Below, in pieces: positions 21,130 through 31,146 of a DNA stretch of 64,000 nucleotides. The stretch's first letter is position 1. Each line of letters starts with the position of its first letter. This DNA comes from an uncultured virus (IMG/VR IMGVR_UViG_3300030098_002069) (taxonomy: Duplodnaviria; Heunggongvirae; Uroviricota; Caudoviricetes), in IMG/VR virus record IMGVR_UViG_3300030098_002069, positions 1-64,000 of that record. The stretch is one strand, 5' to 3'. The notes below the pieces were generated by a model that was given only the letters and a program-made list of their open reading frames with translations, was not told the origin of the DNA and made no database searches. The position numbers and the translations under genes were made by a program.

Positions 21130-21396
21130 TTACTTTTTCCTCATTGTCATATCGATATAAACTTTTAGATCAGACTTAATCTCTGCGTTCCATTTCTTTA
21201 TTTTACCAAGTTCATTCATAATGATGTCCATCCGATGTTGTAAGTTTTCATGCTTCTCATCAAATCTTTTTAAAGTGTCTTCTACTTTTTCTTTTAAGAT
21301 AAACCTTACTACGCTATACAAAGCAAAAGCCAAACCAACGCTAAGAGCAACTGGAAATCCCAATTCTTGTACTAATGTTATAACTTCAGATGTCAT
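21130..21396 (-). CDS. holin-like TM plus coiled-coil protein
   Basis: VQELGFPVALSVGL start typical of YvrJ/BhlA-like small holins. Confidence 0.5.
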   Translation of the reverse strand: MTSEVITLVQELGFPVALSVGLAFALYSVVRFILKEKVEDTLKRFDEKHENLQHRMDIIMNELGKIKKWNAEIKSDLKVYIDMTMRKK

Positions 21397-21448
21397 TATA
21401 TTTTCCCTACCATCTTCATTAATTTGACATAATTCTTTAAATCTTTAA

Positions 21449-21805
21449 TCATTTTCGATTCTTTCTTTTTTTCCCCCAACTTAGAGGGTTTAGATTTAAT
21501 TCTTCCTCGTACCATTTTAATTGTTCCTGCATCTTTGCAATTTTAACTTCCTCATCTTCTATATGTTTGGATATGAGATTTTCAATTTCTTCGTTAGCAA
21601 GGATAATTCCTCGCTCAAGATCTGTAATTCTTGTTTCAACTCTATAGTATCCATAAACAAGACTAGCGACAAGTACAAGCATCTGCCCAAGCCATTTAAT
21701 ATTAATGCTAACGACAGTATTGTCACCAACGACAGTTGCCCGATATGATCTTGCTGTCTTAGGTTTTTCACTCACTTTTCTTTCGGACATCTTCCCAGAT
21801 CTCAT
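21449..21805 (-). CDS. TM plus coiled-coil protein
   Basis: WLGQMLVLVASLVYGYY TM then coiled coil. Confidence 0.55.
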   Translation of the reverse strand: MRSGKMSERKVSEKPKTARSYRATVVGDNTVVSINIKWLGQMLVLVASLVYGYYRVETRITDLERGIILANEEIENLISKHIEDEEVKIAKMQEQLKWYEEELNLNPLSWGKKRKNRK

Positions 21806-22055
21806 GTTTATGACAATAATTACTACCCACTACAATGCCACTATTAATCGTATTAGACAAATACCAATGCTGAGAACTATCTTGGTCTGTAATAATTAAA
21901 TAGTCTATATGAATAGAATCAGAAGGAGTAATAGCTAAACTACCAACTGACCAACCACTATTACATCCAGTGGATAATGAAACCAATGCTAAAATAAATA
22001 ACATTAGAATTAACCAAGCAGCTACGCCCATTATCTCCTGTTTTTTCATATTCAT
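21768..22055 (-). CDS. putative lipoprotein
   Basis: Signal-like hydrophobic stretch ending LSTG-C. Confidence 0.45.
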   Translation of the reverse strand: MNMKKQEIMGVAAWLILMLFILALVSLSTGCNSGWSVGSLAITPSDSIHIDYLIITDQDSSQHWYLSNTINSGIVVGSNYCHKHEIWEDVRKKSE

Positions 22056-22378
22056 TCAATCTCTGTAGTCCATTCACTTTTAGCAAGTTCAGTCATAATC
22101 TGTGCATGAGAGTATTTAGTATAAGAGTCAAACACATCTGGATCATTGTCTGGATCATTATCACAAGCAAACTTCAATAGTGCTTTAGAACTATCTCCAT
22201 CATCTCCATTATTCTTTCTTAATGTAGAGATTCCAGATTGTATAGCATTATCTATTAATGAGTTTGTGCCATCTTCTTGCTGTGCGTTATTAATATCTGC
22301 TACAGGCACTATCATATATGCCCTACCTGCCCAACGACCACTATAGTCATCAGACCATCTATTTGTTACTTCACTCAT
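22052..22378 (-). CDS. hypothetical protein associated with the LamG fibre
   Basis: Follows the fibre gene; ends YSHAQIMTELAKSEW. Confidence 0.6.
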   Translation of the reverse strand: MSEVTNRWSDDYSGRWAGRAYMIVPVADINNAQQEDGTNSLIDNAIQSGISTLRKNNGDDGDSSKALLKFACDNDPDNDPDVFDSYTKYSHAQIMTELAKSEWTTEIE

Positions 22379-22390
22379 ATTATTTTCCTT

Positions 22391-25300
22391 TTATTTAACA
22401 TCTGTACTTCTATTGGTTTCACCCTTACTATAACCATTTGGATCAGCGTTTGGTGGTGATTTTAAGTCTCCTGCGTCTGCGTTTTGTGGAGAACCATGAT
22501 TTGAATTACTTGACCTATCATATATAGTGCTTATTGAGTCAGATAATCCTGTTGACGCATCTAAAGCACCCATTGCCCAATAACCAACTAAGTTATCTGA
22601 GTAGCTATCAAGTAAATTAGTGTGCCTACCTGCTGTTTTAATTGCAGAAATATCTAATTCTGAAAGTGCTTTATTCCAAATCCCAACATTTGCTATATAA
22701 CCATCCCATTGATTTAACCCTGTATTATTATCATTTATTCCTATAGTAGGATTTGCATTTGCAGTTGGATTTGCTAATGTTCCTGTAACTGATAATGTTT
22801 GTGATACTCCATTAATGTATATTTTTGCATTAGTACCATCCCAAGTAGCCGATAAATGAATCCACTCATTTTCTGGACTTACCCATGAACCATCTGGTGT
22901 ATCAGCATAATTACCATCTCCATTGACATGAAGTCTTACTTTTCCACTTGAATTATTATATACTCCAAACCAGATAGCTGTAGAATTAGATGCGTATATA
23001 GCACTATAATCAGTACCACTTGCATGAGTATCATATACCCAAGCACTAATCGTAAAACTACCCGATGGAGAGTTTCCTGTTAATTGAATATATTCATTAC
23101 TACCATCCAAGTCTATGTAGTTATATGCAGAGTTTATCCCTATGAGAGAGGATTGGTCTGGCAGAACTGATGAATAAGTTAAGTTATCTGTAGCCATCGA
23201 GGTCATTGTGCCGACATTGCCTTGTATTTCTTTGAGAGCAATATTTGTTATAGTGCCTCTAAAACCTGTAGAGCGAAATGTTAAGAGATTTGCACTACTT
23301 GATGAACTTGATAATAGGTATTGAGTATGTGAACCAACACTATCTGGTATTGAGCCACTAAAAGCTGAACTACCACCACTATGTGCTAAACCACTTGCTG
23401 TTTGAGTGGCGATAGTATATGTTAATTTATATAGCGTACTTACAGAGAAACCACTAATATTAAAAAAACCATACCCATTAACCGCAAAAGTTAAAATGTC
23501 ATTTGTAAAACTATTCCCTGTTCCTGTAACGCTATTTAAACTTGTTAATTCTGCTCCTAAAGTGGGGTTAGCTACATCAATTAAAGCAGGGTAAGTGTCA
23601 CTTAGGTCTGCTGATTGTAGGACTTGCTTAACTGACCAACTATCAATATATATTGCCTCTGATGCACTAACTCCACTCATAGAAATATGGTTTGTAGTAG
23701 CACTTGAGGCAGTAAAATAATAAGTAAATGTTTGAAACGATGTATTAGTGACTATTTGAGTTTGAAGATGATTTGATGCGTCATCTCTAACAATTAACCC
23801 AATAGAGTCACCACTATCTACTTTTGCACTAATTTCAACCTTATAAGTATTACCTACAACAATAGCAGTTGAACCAAAATCATAACTATCTAAAAAATAA
23901 TTATATGCTCCTGTTGCTGTTGCTCCTGTAACCTTTAAAGCACCATTGTCATTAGTAAGTGTATTACTTCCTTGTTTTTTCCATCCGTATGTATCGGTAT
24001 TTTCTTCAGAGCCACTACCAAGATAAGTACCACCTACTTTTAGTGTACTTGCATCAGCATCTACTAACTCTACACCCAACTCTTCTGAGCTACTCTCAAA
24101 TGAACCCATATCATAACCTGCGACCATTTGCTCTTGAATATCATCAGATGCACCATTTGTAATCGTACCATCATTTGAGTTAGAACTTGAATCTGCTATG
24201 GTAGGATATGCTTTACTTGTGTCATCGCCCATTAACCATAACCCTACTAATCCTGTATCAGCACTTGGGTTATGTGTAATACCTTTTTGGTATTGAGCGT
24301 AAATAAAATCAGCATCTTTAGCATCTGAATAAATTGCTACAGAACTTATAGAGCCTGTTAAATTACTCCACCCACTTGCTCCACCGATTTGAAACACATT
24401 ACTTGAATAGGTTATAGAATCAGTATAAGAATCTGTACCTTTAAGTTCTCCATCTAAATAAATCTTTATATTGCTCTTATCGTAAGTACCTACTAAGTGA
24501 TGCCACACCCCTGTAGAACTCATTGGTGTTTCAGCGTGATTAGAACCCCATGAATTAATCGCAAATATAATATTATCTGCATTATCCATAGCTAATCTCC
24601 ACCCATTACTACCTGTATCTGTATTACCAACAACTAAATCATAATCTTCAAGAGATGTAAAGTTTACCCAAGCAGATACAGTAATTGCCTCGGTTGGAGA
24701 TACAGCAGAGGATGTAGTCATAGCAATTACAGGATTTGTACCATCAAAATCCACTACAGAGAACATTGCTTGTCTTTGTGGCAAGAATCGACTCTTGCTT
24801 AGTTGTTTTATAGTTTGCGAATCGAGTGCCGTTTTGTAAATACCAACCGAACTTATATCCCCCTCATAATAAGTGCTATCTGTTGCATGTTTACCGATTA
24901 ATAAATCTGCATCATCACCAGATATTGTAAAAGTAGCTGTGCCAGAGGCAACTCCATCTATGTAAAATATACTGCCATCTGTAACTCCACTATCAATAGT
25001 AATCGCAATATGTTGCCATCTATCTTTTGTAAGTGAACCAGATGATGCAGTAGCAGTAGAGCCATCATAAAATTTTAACTTTGGTGTAGAATCATCAGAT
25101 AAATAAAATTGATAATTAGTACCACCTGCATCTCTTTTATATACAAGTGGTCTATGAGAGGTAGTGCCTGTAGGATTTATCCATCCTGTGATAGTCATGT
25201 CACCTGCTAATTGTAAAGAACTATCATTGCCACAATCCACATATTCTGAACCTGTACCATCAAATGCAGTATAAAAGTCACTTCTGGCGATTGAGGTATC

Positions 25301-25939
25301 TTCTTCTGGGAGTACCTTATCCCCTGCTCTGAGCCATAGTTTAAGTGTAGAACTTCTATCTGCAACATAAGAAGATGCTTTGGATAGGTCTGATGGTTTA
25401 GAAGCCATTTTAGCAATAGTGGTTTCATCCAGTGCGTATGCCCAGACTGCTACTTCATCAATGAGTCCTGTAAATGGTAAATCTCCATCACCCTCTGAGC
25501 CAATTACTAATGATTGGTCTACATTAGCTAAATTTGCGGGAACTGATGATGTCGTAGTGCCTTGCAAACTTCCATCTACATATACTTTAACAGAAGTACC
25601 TGCATCATAAACACAAGCTATATGATGCCAATTATTATCACTTAAATCTGTATCGCCCTCCGCATTGATACCACTTGAATTAACAGTAAATTTTAAATAT
25701 CCTGTAGAACCGCTTACTTGTATATACCACCCAATAGAGCTACCCCACTTAGTGATAAACCGAGTTGATTTAGCACTAGTCTTAATCCAAGCTGTGACTG
25801 TCATATCTCCTGTAATTTGGAGAGGTGCAGTATTTTCACAACTTAAATAATCATTAGAACCATCGAAATTGAAAGAGTATTTGTTGGGGAACTTTTGTAT
25901 TACCCCACCTTTTGTTAGTAGGTTGCCTAAGCCAAGCAT
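22391..25939 (-). CDS. multi-LamG (concanavalin A-like) tail fibre / receptor-binding protein
   Basis: Four repeated FDG..DY / T.TAW / WHH / .Y.DG / F.G.I..V.++ units plus carbohydrate-binding-like inserts; 1182 aa. Confidence 0.85.
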   Translation of the reverse strand: MLGLGNLLTKGGVIQKFPNKYSFNFDGSNDYLSCENTAPLQITGDMTVTAWIKTSAKSTRFITKWGSSIGWYIQVSGSTGYLKFTVNSSGINAEGDTDLSDNNWHHIACVYDAGTSVKVYVDGSLQGTTTSSVPANLANVDQSLVIGSEGDGDLPFTGLIDEVAVWAYALDETTIAKMASKPSDLSKASSYVADRSSTLKLWLRAGDKVLPEEDTSIARSDFYTAFDGTGSEYVDCGNDSSLQLAGDMTITGWINPTGTTSHRPLVYKRDAGGTNYQFYLSDDSTPKLKFYDGSTATASSGSLTKDRWQHIAITIDSGVTDGSIFYIDGVASGTATFTISGDDADLLIGKHATDSTYYEGDISSVGIYKTALDSQTIKQLSKSRFLPQRQAMFSVVDFDGTNPVIAMTTSSAVSPTEAITVSAWVNFTSLEDYDLVVGNTDTGSNGWRLAMDNADNIIFAINSWGSNHAETPMSSTGVWHHLVGTYDKSNIKIYLDGELKGTDSYTDSITYSSNVFQIGGASGWSNLTGSISSVAIYSDAKDADFIYAQYQKGITHNPSADTGLVGLWLMGDDTSKAYPTIADSSSNSNDGTITNGASDDIQEQMVAGYDMGSFESSSEELGVELVDADASTLKVGGTYLGSGSEENTDTYGWKKQGSNTLTNDNGALKVTGATATGAYNYFLDSYDFGSTAIVVGNTYKVEISAKVDSGDSIGLIVRDDASNHLQTQIVTNTSFQTFTYYFTASSATTNHISMSGVSASEAIYIDSWSVKQVLQSADLSDTYPALIDVANPTLGAELTSLNSVTGTGNSFTNDILTFAVNGYGFFNISGFSVSTLYKLTYTIATQTASGLAHSGGSSAFSGSIPDSVGSHTQYLLSSSSSSANLLTFRSTGFRGTITNIALKEIQGNVGTMTSMATDNLTYSSVLPDQSSLIGINSAYNYIDLDGSNEYIQLTGNSPSGSFTISAWVYDTHASGTDYSAIYASNSTAIWFGVYNNSSGKVRLHVNGDGNYADTPDGSWVSPENEWIHLSATWDGTNAKIYINGVSQTLSVTGTLANPTANANPTIGINDNNTGLNQWDGYIANVGIWNKALSELDISAIKTAGRHTNLLDSYSDNLVGYWAMGALDASTGLSDSISTIYDRSSNSNHGSPQNADAGDLKSPPNADPNGYSKGETNRSTDVK

Positions 25940-25943
25940 TAAC

Positions 25944-26243
25944 TTAGCCTAAGTATGCTATTACTTTGCCACTAGCTAAAGTAAAAGCAGACCATCTACC
26001 AAATATTGTAATACCTTGAGGGAATGTAATACTGTCAGAAGTATCTCCATTATTATTTGAATCACCGACATATAAGTTTGTTCCACTTTCAGGTGTTAGC
26101 GTTGTAAAAACAGTATCTTCTAAAAATGTTATTGCTGCTATTTTCTTACCTGTAATAACAGATGTTCCAGTTTCTAGTATAGATCCAGATTGTCCTAAAG
26201 CTATATTATTAGCTTCATTTACTTGATATTTATGCATTGTCAT
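25944..26243 (-). CDS. small virion structural protein
   Basis: ITFPQGITIFGRWSAFTLASGKVIAY; in tail block. Confidence 0.55.
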   Translation of the reverse strand: MTMHKYQVNEANNIALGQSGSILETGTSVITGKKIAAITFLEDTVFTTLTPESGTNLYVGDSNNNGDTSDSITFPQGITIFGRWSAFTLASGKVIAYLG

Positions 26244-26298
26244 CTTGTTTCTCCTTGCTTATGACTTACCGAGCGTGACTGTCTCATGGTCATATTGG

Positions 26299-26949
26299 TT
26301 AAAAATCATAGCCTTGTATAAAGTATGGAGTTCCATCTTTATTTATATCGGCTTCTTTTTTTGCTTTGTTTAATTCTTGTTGCCAAAGATTTCTAAAATA
26401 AATAGCATTATTTATCATGTCTGGTCTTTTTTCATATCCTCTTGCTATAGCATAATGAGTTAATACTTCGTGAAATTCTTCTGGAATATTTGGAGATTCT
26501 GTTAATCCTATTTTTCCATAAGGTATTGTTAATCTTTCTATTGTTAAAGTTATTGCAGTACCATCACTTGTTGGATCTTTAAACCCAACTGTATCGCCTC
26601 TTTTATATCCCTGTCCAGATGTAGTTATTGTAAAAGTTGGATTACTTGAACCAATAGTATAAGAACATATTAAACCAGTTCCAGTTCCACTTGTAGTATA
26701 GGGTGCTACATCTGTTCTTTGGGCTTGAGTTGGGATCCCCCAATCACCTGGGGTAGCTTGAGCTAAAAAACTAAAAACTCCATTATCTTCACCAAAATCT
26801 TCATCTCTTTTTATATAATGGTAGCGTACCGTATGTACTGCTGATGGAGATATGTAATCTGTTGCTGTATCATTAGAACCTTTTGCAAGTCCTATCTTAC
26901 CATCTTTAATCCACCACTTGTGGTTTTGTGCTGTTGTTTTAACTGACAT
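26299..26949 (-). CDS. adaptor-like protein, C-terminal part (element B)
   Basis: WWIKDGKIGL..VRYHY...PNIPEEFHEVLTHYAIA; aligns by eye with the C-half of 355-1263. Confidence 0.65.
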   Translation of the reverse strand: MSVKTTAQNHKWWIKDGKIGLAKGSNDTATDYISPSAVHTVRYHYIKRDEDFGEDNGVFSFLAQATPGDWGIPTQAQRTDVAPYTTSGTGTGLICSYTIGSSNPTFTITTSGQGYKRGDTVGFKDPTSDGTAITLTIERLTIPYGKIGLTESPNIPEEFHEVLTHYAIARGYEKRPDMINNAIYFRNLWQQELNKAKKEADINKDGTPYFIQGYDF

Positions 26950-27202
26950 CTGATTTCTCTGGTAATCCTACTAGTCTATCTATTCTAAAATCATCTACAT
27001 CTACTCTTGTAATTTCAAGTACTGTAGAATCAAGATCGTAATAACGCTGGTCTGCAACAGTAGAGAATGTTGTTGACCCTGATAATATTTTTGTTTCTCT
27101 ACAAAATTCTTTTAAAGCTTTGTTTAAATACATTCTAGCTTCTGTTTCACCCATATCAGGATGGTGCATTTGTACAAGTTCTATCATTTGTTTTTGTGTC
27201 AT
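26939..27202 (-). CDS. adaptor-like protein, N-terminal part (element B)
   Basis: YLNKALKEFCRETKIL...TVADQRYY...ITRVD; aligns by eye with the N-half of 355-1263. Confidence 0.65.
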   Translation of the reverse strand: MTQKQMIELVQMHHPDMGETEARMYLNKALKEFCRETKILSGSTTFSTVADQRYYDLDSTVLEITRVDVDDFRIDRLVGLPEKSDVS

Positions 27203-27855
27203 ACTACAAATGCCTTTTCATAATTATCTTTTAATGTTACTAGAGTTGCCTGTAAAGATTGAACCAACTCTATATCCTCATCATCAATAGTGTATGCTGA
27301 TATTTTTGCTTCTATTGCTTTTATAGATGCATACATAACAACTAAATACACTTTGTCGTCTGCAAAAAAACCTATATCACTATGACTATAAACTAAAGAT
27401 TGCTCTGCTTTATCTACTGGAACATTATTTATGTAATAAATATTATATGAATTTTCACCCCCAGAAGATGGAACGGGATAAACATTTATTTTTCCATTCT
27501 CCGTAATTATAAAATTTGGGTTTTCATGAGTTGCAAGATGCAAACTATTAGTATCCACTATATCATATAATTTATCAATTCCTACTTGTGTACAAGTTTT
27601 CCAATTATTGTTTTCGTTTGCTTCTTTTACTATAGAAACTACTTGTGCTCCATTAATGTCTTTTCCATTTGCAGTTTGTTCACCTGTAGCTCTAATAAAA
27701 TCTTTAAAATCATTTGGATTTGTTTTTAAAGTTCTAGCAGTAACATCAAGTACACCATCTTTTAAGAATTGAGATAACTCATCTTCAGTAGGTGTACTGC
27801 TTCCTGTTATTGTTAATGAGGTTTGAGCCTCTACTTGTGCTTCAAATGTTGCCAT
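27199..27855 (-). CDS. head-completion / adaptor-type virion protein
   Basis: After capsid; ENGKINVYP, YLVVMYASIK. Confidence 0.55.
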   Translation of the reverse strand: MATFEAQVEAQTSLTITGSSTPTEDELSQFLKDGVLDVTARTLKTNPNDFKDFIRATGEQTANGKDINGAQVVSIVKEANENNNWKTCTQVGIDKLYDIVDTNSLHLATHENPNFIITENGKINVYPVPSSGGENSYNIYYINNVPVDKAEQSLVYSHSDIGFFADDKVYLVVMYASIKAIEAKISAYTIDDEDIELVQSLQATLVTLKDNYEKAFVV

Positions 27856-27861
27856 TAAATC

Positions 27862-27975
27862 TTAATAGGTTTTCTTAGAGCTTCTAGAACTGGATTTTTT
27901 TTTTACAGATTTCATCTTTTTCTTTTTTGGAGGTCTACCTCTTTTAGACCCGTAAGTACCTTTGCCTTTTGGCAT
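27862..27975 (-). CDS. tiny protamine-like basic protein
   Basis: AAAGGA RBS; MPKGKGTYGSKRGRPPKKKKMKSVKKKSSSRSSKKTY. Confidence 0.65.
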   Translation of the reverse strand: MPKGKGTYGSKRGRPPKKKKMKSVKKKSSSRSSKKTY

Positions 27976-27992
27976 ATTTATTTCCTTTCACA

Positions 27993-28020
27993 AGAGGAGG
28001 GGCATAAAGCCCCTCACTCT
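27993..28020. terminator. hairpin/terminator after capsid genes B
   Basis: AGAG-GAGGGGC-ataaa-GCCCCTC-a-CTCT stem. Confidence 0.6.
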
Positions 28021-28031
28021 TTTAGTTTGTA

Positions 28032-28442
28032 TTAACTGATTGTTATTCCAGCTGCAACTTTTCCAAGTCCACCAACTATGTAGTAGTTAGTGCCATCAGA
28101 AACTATTTTTATCCAGTCACCAGCAACTGACGAACCACCAACAAAAGTAATAGTAGTATCACTACCATCACTTGTATCAGCTACGTCATCTGCTGCACCA
28201 GCACTTACAGAACCAATTATTGCTCCAGATGGAGTAACTACAGTATAGTTAGCTCCTGATGGAGCTCCCTTTACTACAAAGGTTCCTTCCCAACCCTTAT
28301 TACTAGGAGCTGGAAGTGTTGTTGCAAACTCTGTTGCATGATTTAGCATAAAAACCTTACCACTATCTGCCAACGATAAAGTTGACGCTTCAGTAAGCTC
28401 TTTTATACCTGCGTTTGAACCACCTAAATAAGGTCTAGCCAT
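28032..28442 (-). CDS. capsid-associated fibre/decoration protein
   Basis: Directly after MCP; TLPAP, GDWIKIVSDGTNYY beta motifs. Confidence 0.55.
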   Translation of the reverse strand: MARPYLGGSNAGIKELTEASTLSLADSGKVFMLNHATEFATTLPAPSNKGWEGTFVVKGAPSGANYTVVTPSGAIIGSVSAGAADDVADTSDGSDTTITFVGGSSVAGDWIKIVSDGTNYYIVGGLGKVAAGITIS

Positions 28443-28453
28443 AATATGCCTCC

Positions 28454-29812
28454 TTACGCTGTGATCTTAAACAGAGCGTGACTCTCAATTAGCTGTATAC
28501 CTAGTCCTTCATCAGACATATATTGGTCTTTAACACCATCAAAGGCATTATCGGTCTTTATATTAGCCTGATACTGAGCTGGTCTATACTGTGCATGAAA
28601 TAGATTTTCATCAGATACAACTACCATGTACTTATTGTAAGCACCACGTAATGCTGGAGTTGGAATCAACTGCAACATTCCATGTGGAGTTTCAAGTACT
28701 CTGTAGTTAAATCCTAATGAATCACGCTTCATGTCACCTAGATTAACAGTCCAACCTGAATTACCTGCTATTCCAGAAGAACCAGCCATCTTAGAAAAAT
28801 ATCCAAGAGCACCAGCTCCAACAAAAGCACGTTTTACACCTGCTTCAGGAATATACTGGAATACTTTTTCCATATCATCTACAAATTCTCCATAAGAGTA
28901 ACTTGCTTCAGATATAGTAAAAATATTTTGTGCGTCATGAGTTGAGGTTGATTCACCGTATTTATCAATTCCTGATACAATGCCATAAGTTGTACGAATT
29001 AGATTTCCATCTGCATCTGTACGACCATCATCACCAAATGTTTCATCTGCATTAGTATCGTTATTACCAGCTCCATAAGATGCTTCCTGTAAACCAGTAC
29101 CGCCAACTCTTTCACCAAATAAGAAAGCTTTCTCTTTCTGCATTTTGTGTTCTTGAGCTTTTTGCCTACGCAATCTTGCTAGTTCAGAAGATTCTCCACG
29201 AAGAACAGCAGCTTGAAGCGTACCTGTTACCTGTAGAGGAGTCTTAAAAATCTGACAAGAGTTATAGACAACTTGTAGTTCATCAGACCATGCATCTGGT
29301 GCAGAACTACCTTCACCATGTGCATTACCGATTACCAAATACCAGTCATCATTAACTAAGTCATAATCACTACCACTTACTGTTCTCAAGATTTTCACTT
29401 TTATTTCATCTGCATCTACTGCTGAAGAAATAATTGCTGTGGCTTTTTTATTTGCTTTTGCAGAATCCCATATTTCAACAATAAGACCTACCCAACTGCT
29501 ATCAACAGAAGATGATAAGCCTTTTATATTATCAATATTAAGTGCTGCACTTTCAGTTCCATTTACTGCTAAAGTAACTGTTTCTGCAGCATTTTGAAAC
29601 TGTTGCCCAACCCAAGGGTTCCTGTGTTCAAACATTTTGAAAATGGGGTCTGGTACCTGTCGCATTTCACGATTACTAACCATTGTAGTAAACGGAGCAA
29701 CGTCAGTCCAGAGTTCCTTAGTGACCTGAGGATCGACATAGAAATCTCGTCTATCCGTATACAAAACACTAGAAGCCCCACCATTATATAGCTGCTTTTC
29801 TGTAGCTGCCAT
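28454..29812 (-). CDS. major capsid protein, SU10/DUF5309-like (element B)
   Basis: 452 aa after scaffold; APFTT, EGS.AP, NSCQIFKT, EHKMQKEKAFLFG, ETPHG.L, D.Y..D.GL. Confidence 0.8.
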   Translation of the reverse strand: MAATEKQLYNGGASSVLYTDRRDFYVDPQVTKELWTDVAPFTTMVSNREMRQVPDPIFKMFEHRNPWVGQQFQNAAETVTLAVNGTESAALNIDNIKGLSSSVDSSWVGLIVEIWDSAKANKKATAIISSAVDADEIKVKILRTVSGSDYDLVNDDWYLVIGNAHGEGSSAPDAWSDELQVVYNSCQIFKTPLQVTGTLQAAVLRGESSELARLRRQKAQEHKMQKEKAFLFGERVGGTGLQEASYGAGNNDTNADETFGDDGRTDADGNLIRTTYGIVSGIDKYGESTSTHDAQNIFTISEASYSYGEFVDDMEKVFQYIPEAGVKRAFVGAGALGYFSKMAGSSGIAGNSGWTVNLGDMKRDSLGFNYRVLETPHGMLQLIPTPALRGAYNKYMVVVSDENLFHAQYRPAQYQANIKTDNAFDGVKDQYMSDEGLGIQLIESHALFKITA

Positions 29813-29836
29813 TTTTTACTCCTATTCTTACTTCAA

Positions 29837-30724
29837 TCAAATTTTCCCAAGTAGAGCATCACTAAAGAGTTGCTCATCAGAACGAGGTTGCTCTGCTTTT
29901 CCTGTCTGCACCGCTGCAGCTTTAGGAACGCTTAAACGCTCTGCCTGATTTTGCATCTCTTGTGTTTTTTGTTGCACTACTGGGTTTGTATTTGATCTCA
30001 ATTCAAACAATTTAGCCAAGTTGTCCAGATTCAGGTTTTCAGGAGAACTAGCCCAATCTATGAACTCGTTAGCCTTACTGGCTTCCCATCCATAGTTATT
30101 CACAGCATGACTATGAGCTTGTTGTCTCATAGCATTTTGCTGTTGCATAGCCATCTGCTGTTGGTACTGTTGTTCCATTTGCATTGTTCTATTCCTGTCC
30201 ACATTCTTGAGATAGTCTAAATACTGATCTCTGTACTGCTCTTTAGCCATTCGATGCTTAAATGACTCACTCTCTGGGTCATTAAAAGCATCAACTTCGT
30301 TATAATTGACTGGTCTTTCAGGTTCTATTGGCTCCTTCAATGAATTTTGCTGAACTCCTTGCTCAGCAGGTACTCCATTGGAGAGTTTAGCTTCTAGACT
30401 ATCAAGAACCTCTGGATTCTGCCTAAGCATATTCTCTACAGGTGTTAAACTATTCCTGTAGTAATCCAGTTCTTCTCTAAGTCCAGACAGCTCACCCTTG
30501 GCTTTATCTGCCTGTGACTGCCAGTACTCATACCGACTTTGGTCGTCTTTAGGGTCGACTCCATTTCCCTCAGTTTCTGTAATTGGTGCTGCTTCCTGTT
30601 CAGGTGTAGAAGGTGCATCCTGTGGGATTTCACCTGAAGGTATTTCGTTGGCTATTTCGCCTTGAAACATCTCTACATCTTGTGTAGGAGCACTACCAGC
30701 ATCACGTACTTCCAATTTTTCCAT
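29837..30724 (-). CDS. capsid scaffolding protein (element B)
   Basis: Acidic/Gln-rich coiled coil, YWQSQADK motif; before MCP. Confidence 0.75.
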   Translation of the reverse strand: MEKLEVRDAGSAPTQDVEMFQGEIANEIPSGEIPQDAPSTPEQEAAPITETEGNGVDPKDDQSRYEYWQSQADKAKGELSGLREELDYYRNSLTPVENMLRQNPEVLDSLEAKLSNGVPAEQGVQQNSLKEPIEPERPVNYNEVDAFNDPESESFKHRMAKEQYRDQYLDYLKNVDRNRTMQMEQQYQQQMAMQQQNAMRQQAHSHAVNNYGWEASKANEFIDWASSPENLNLDNLAKLFELRSNTNPVVQQKTQEMQNQAERLSVPKAAAVQTGKAEQPRSDEQLFSDALLGKI

Positions 30725-30777
30725 ATTACTATTTCCTTTGCGATTTGGTTAATTCCAGCAACCGCTTCCTCAATTTT

Positions 30778-31146
30778 TTACTCAAAATCTTCAGCCCCTA
30801 TTGAGTTTTTTGTAATTCTTATAAACTCAGGACTTCTAAAAAGAGCGTCATCTGTATCTTGTTTAGGATTGGCACTTGAATATGCTGTTGATAAAATTAT
30901 CTCAGCTTTATCTTCTGGACTTGAAAATAAAAATTTTTCAAATTCAGGAGTTGCACTAACCCTGTCAAATACAGGTCTGTCTGTAAAATTTTTCCATATT
31001 TTCATATGGTCTTTAACTATTTGTGGATCGATACCATCATATTTAAACCAATAATTTTCATCCTTAACTGGTCTATGCCATCCTTTTTCGTTCTTTCTAG
31101 GAACTCTGCTTCTATGTTCCTTATTGTCTCCATACCAAATAGCCAT
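30778..31146 (-). CDS. hypothetical protein between portal and scaffold
   Basis: 122-aa ORF coupled to the portal stop. Confidence 0.6.
   Translation of the reverse strand: MAIWYGDNKEHRSRVPRKNEKGWHRPVKDENYWFKYDGIDPQIVKDHMKIWKNFTDRPVFDRVSATPEFEKFLFSSPEDKAEIILSTAYSSANPKQDTDDALFRSPEFIRITKNSIGAEDFE

Noticed and set aside
22391..25939. Diversity-generating retroelement target in the fibre gene
   Set aside because: No reverse transcriptase and no adenine-specific template/variable repeat pair seen; the repeats are diverged LamG domains
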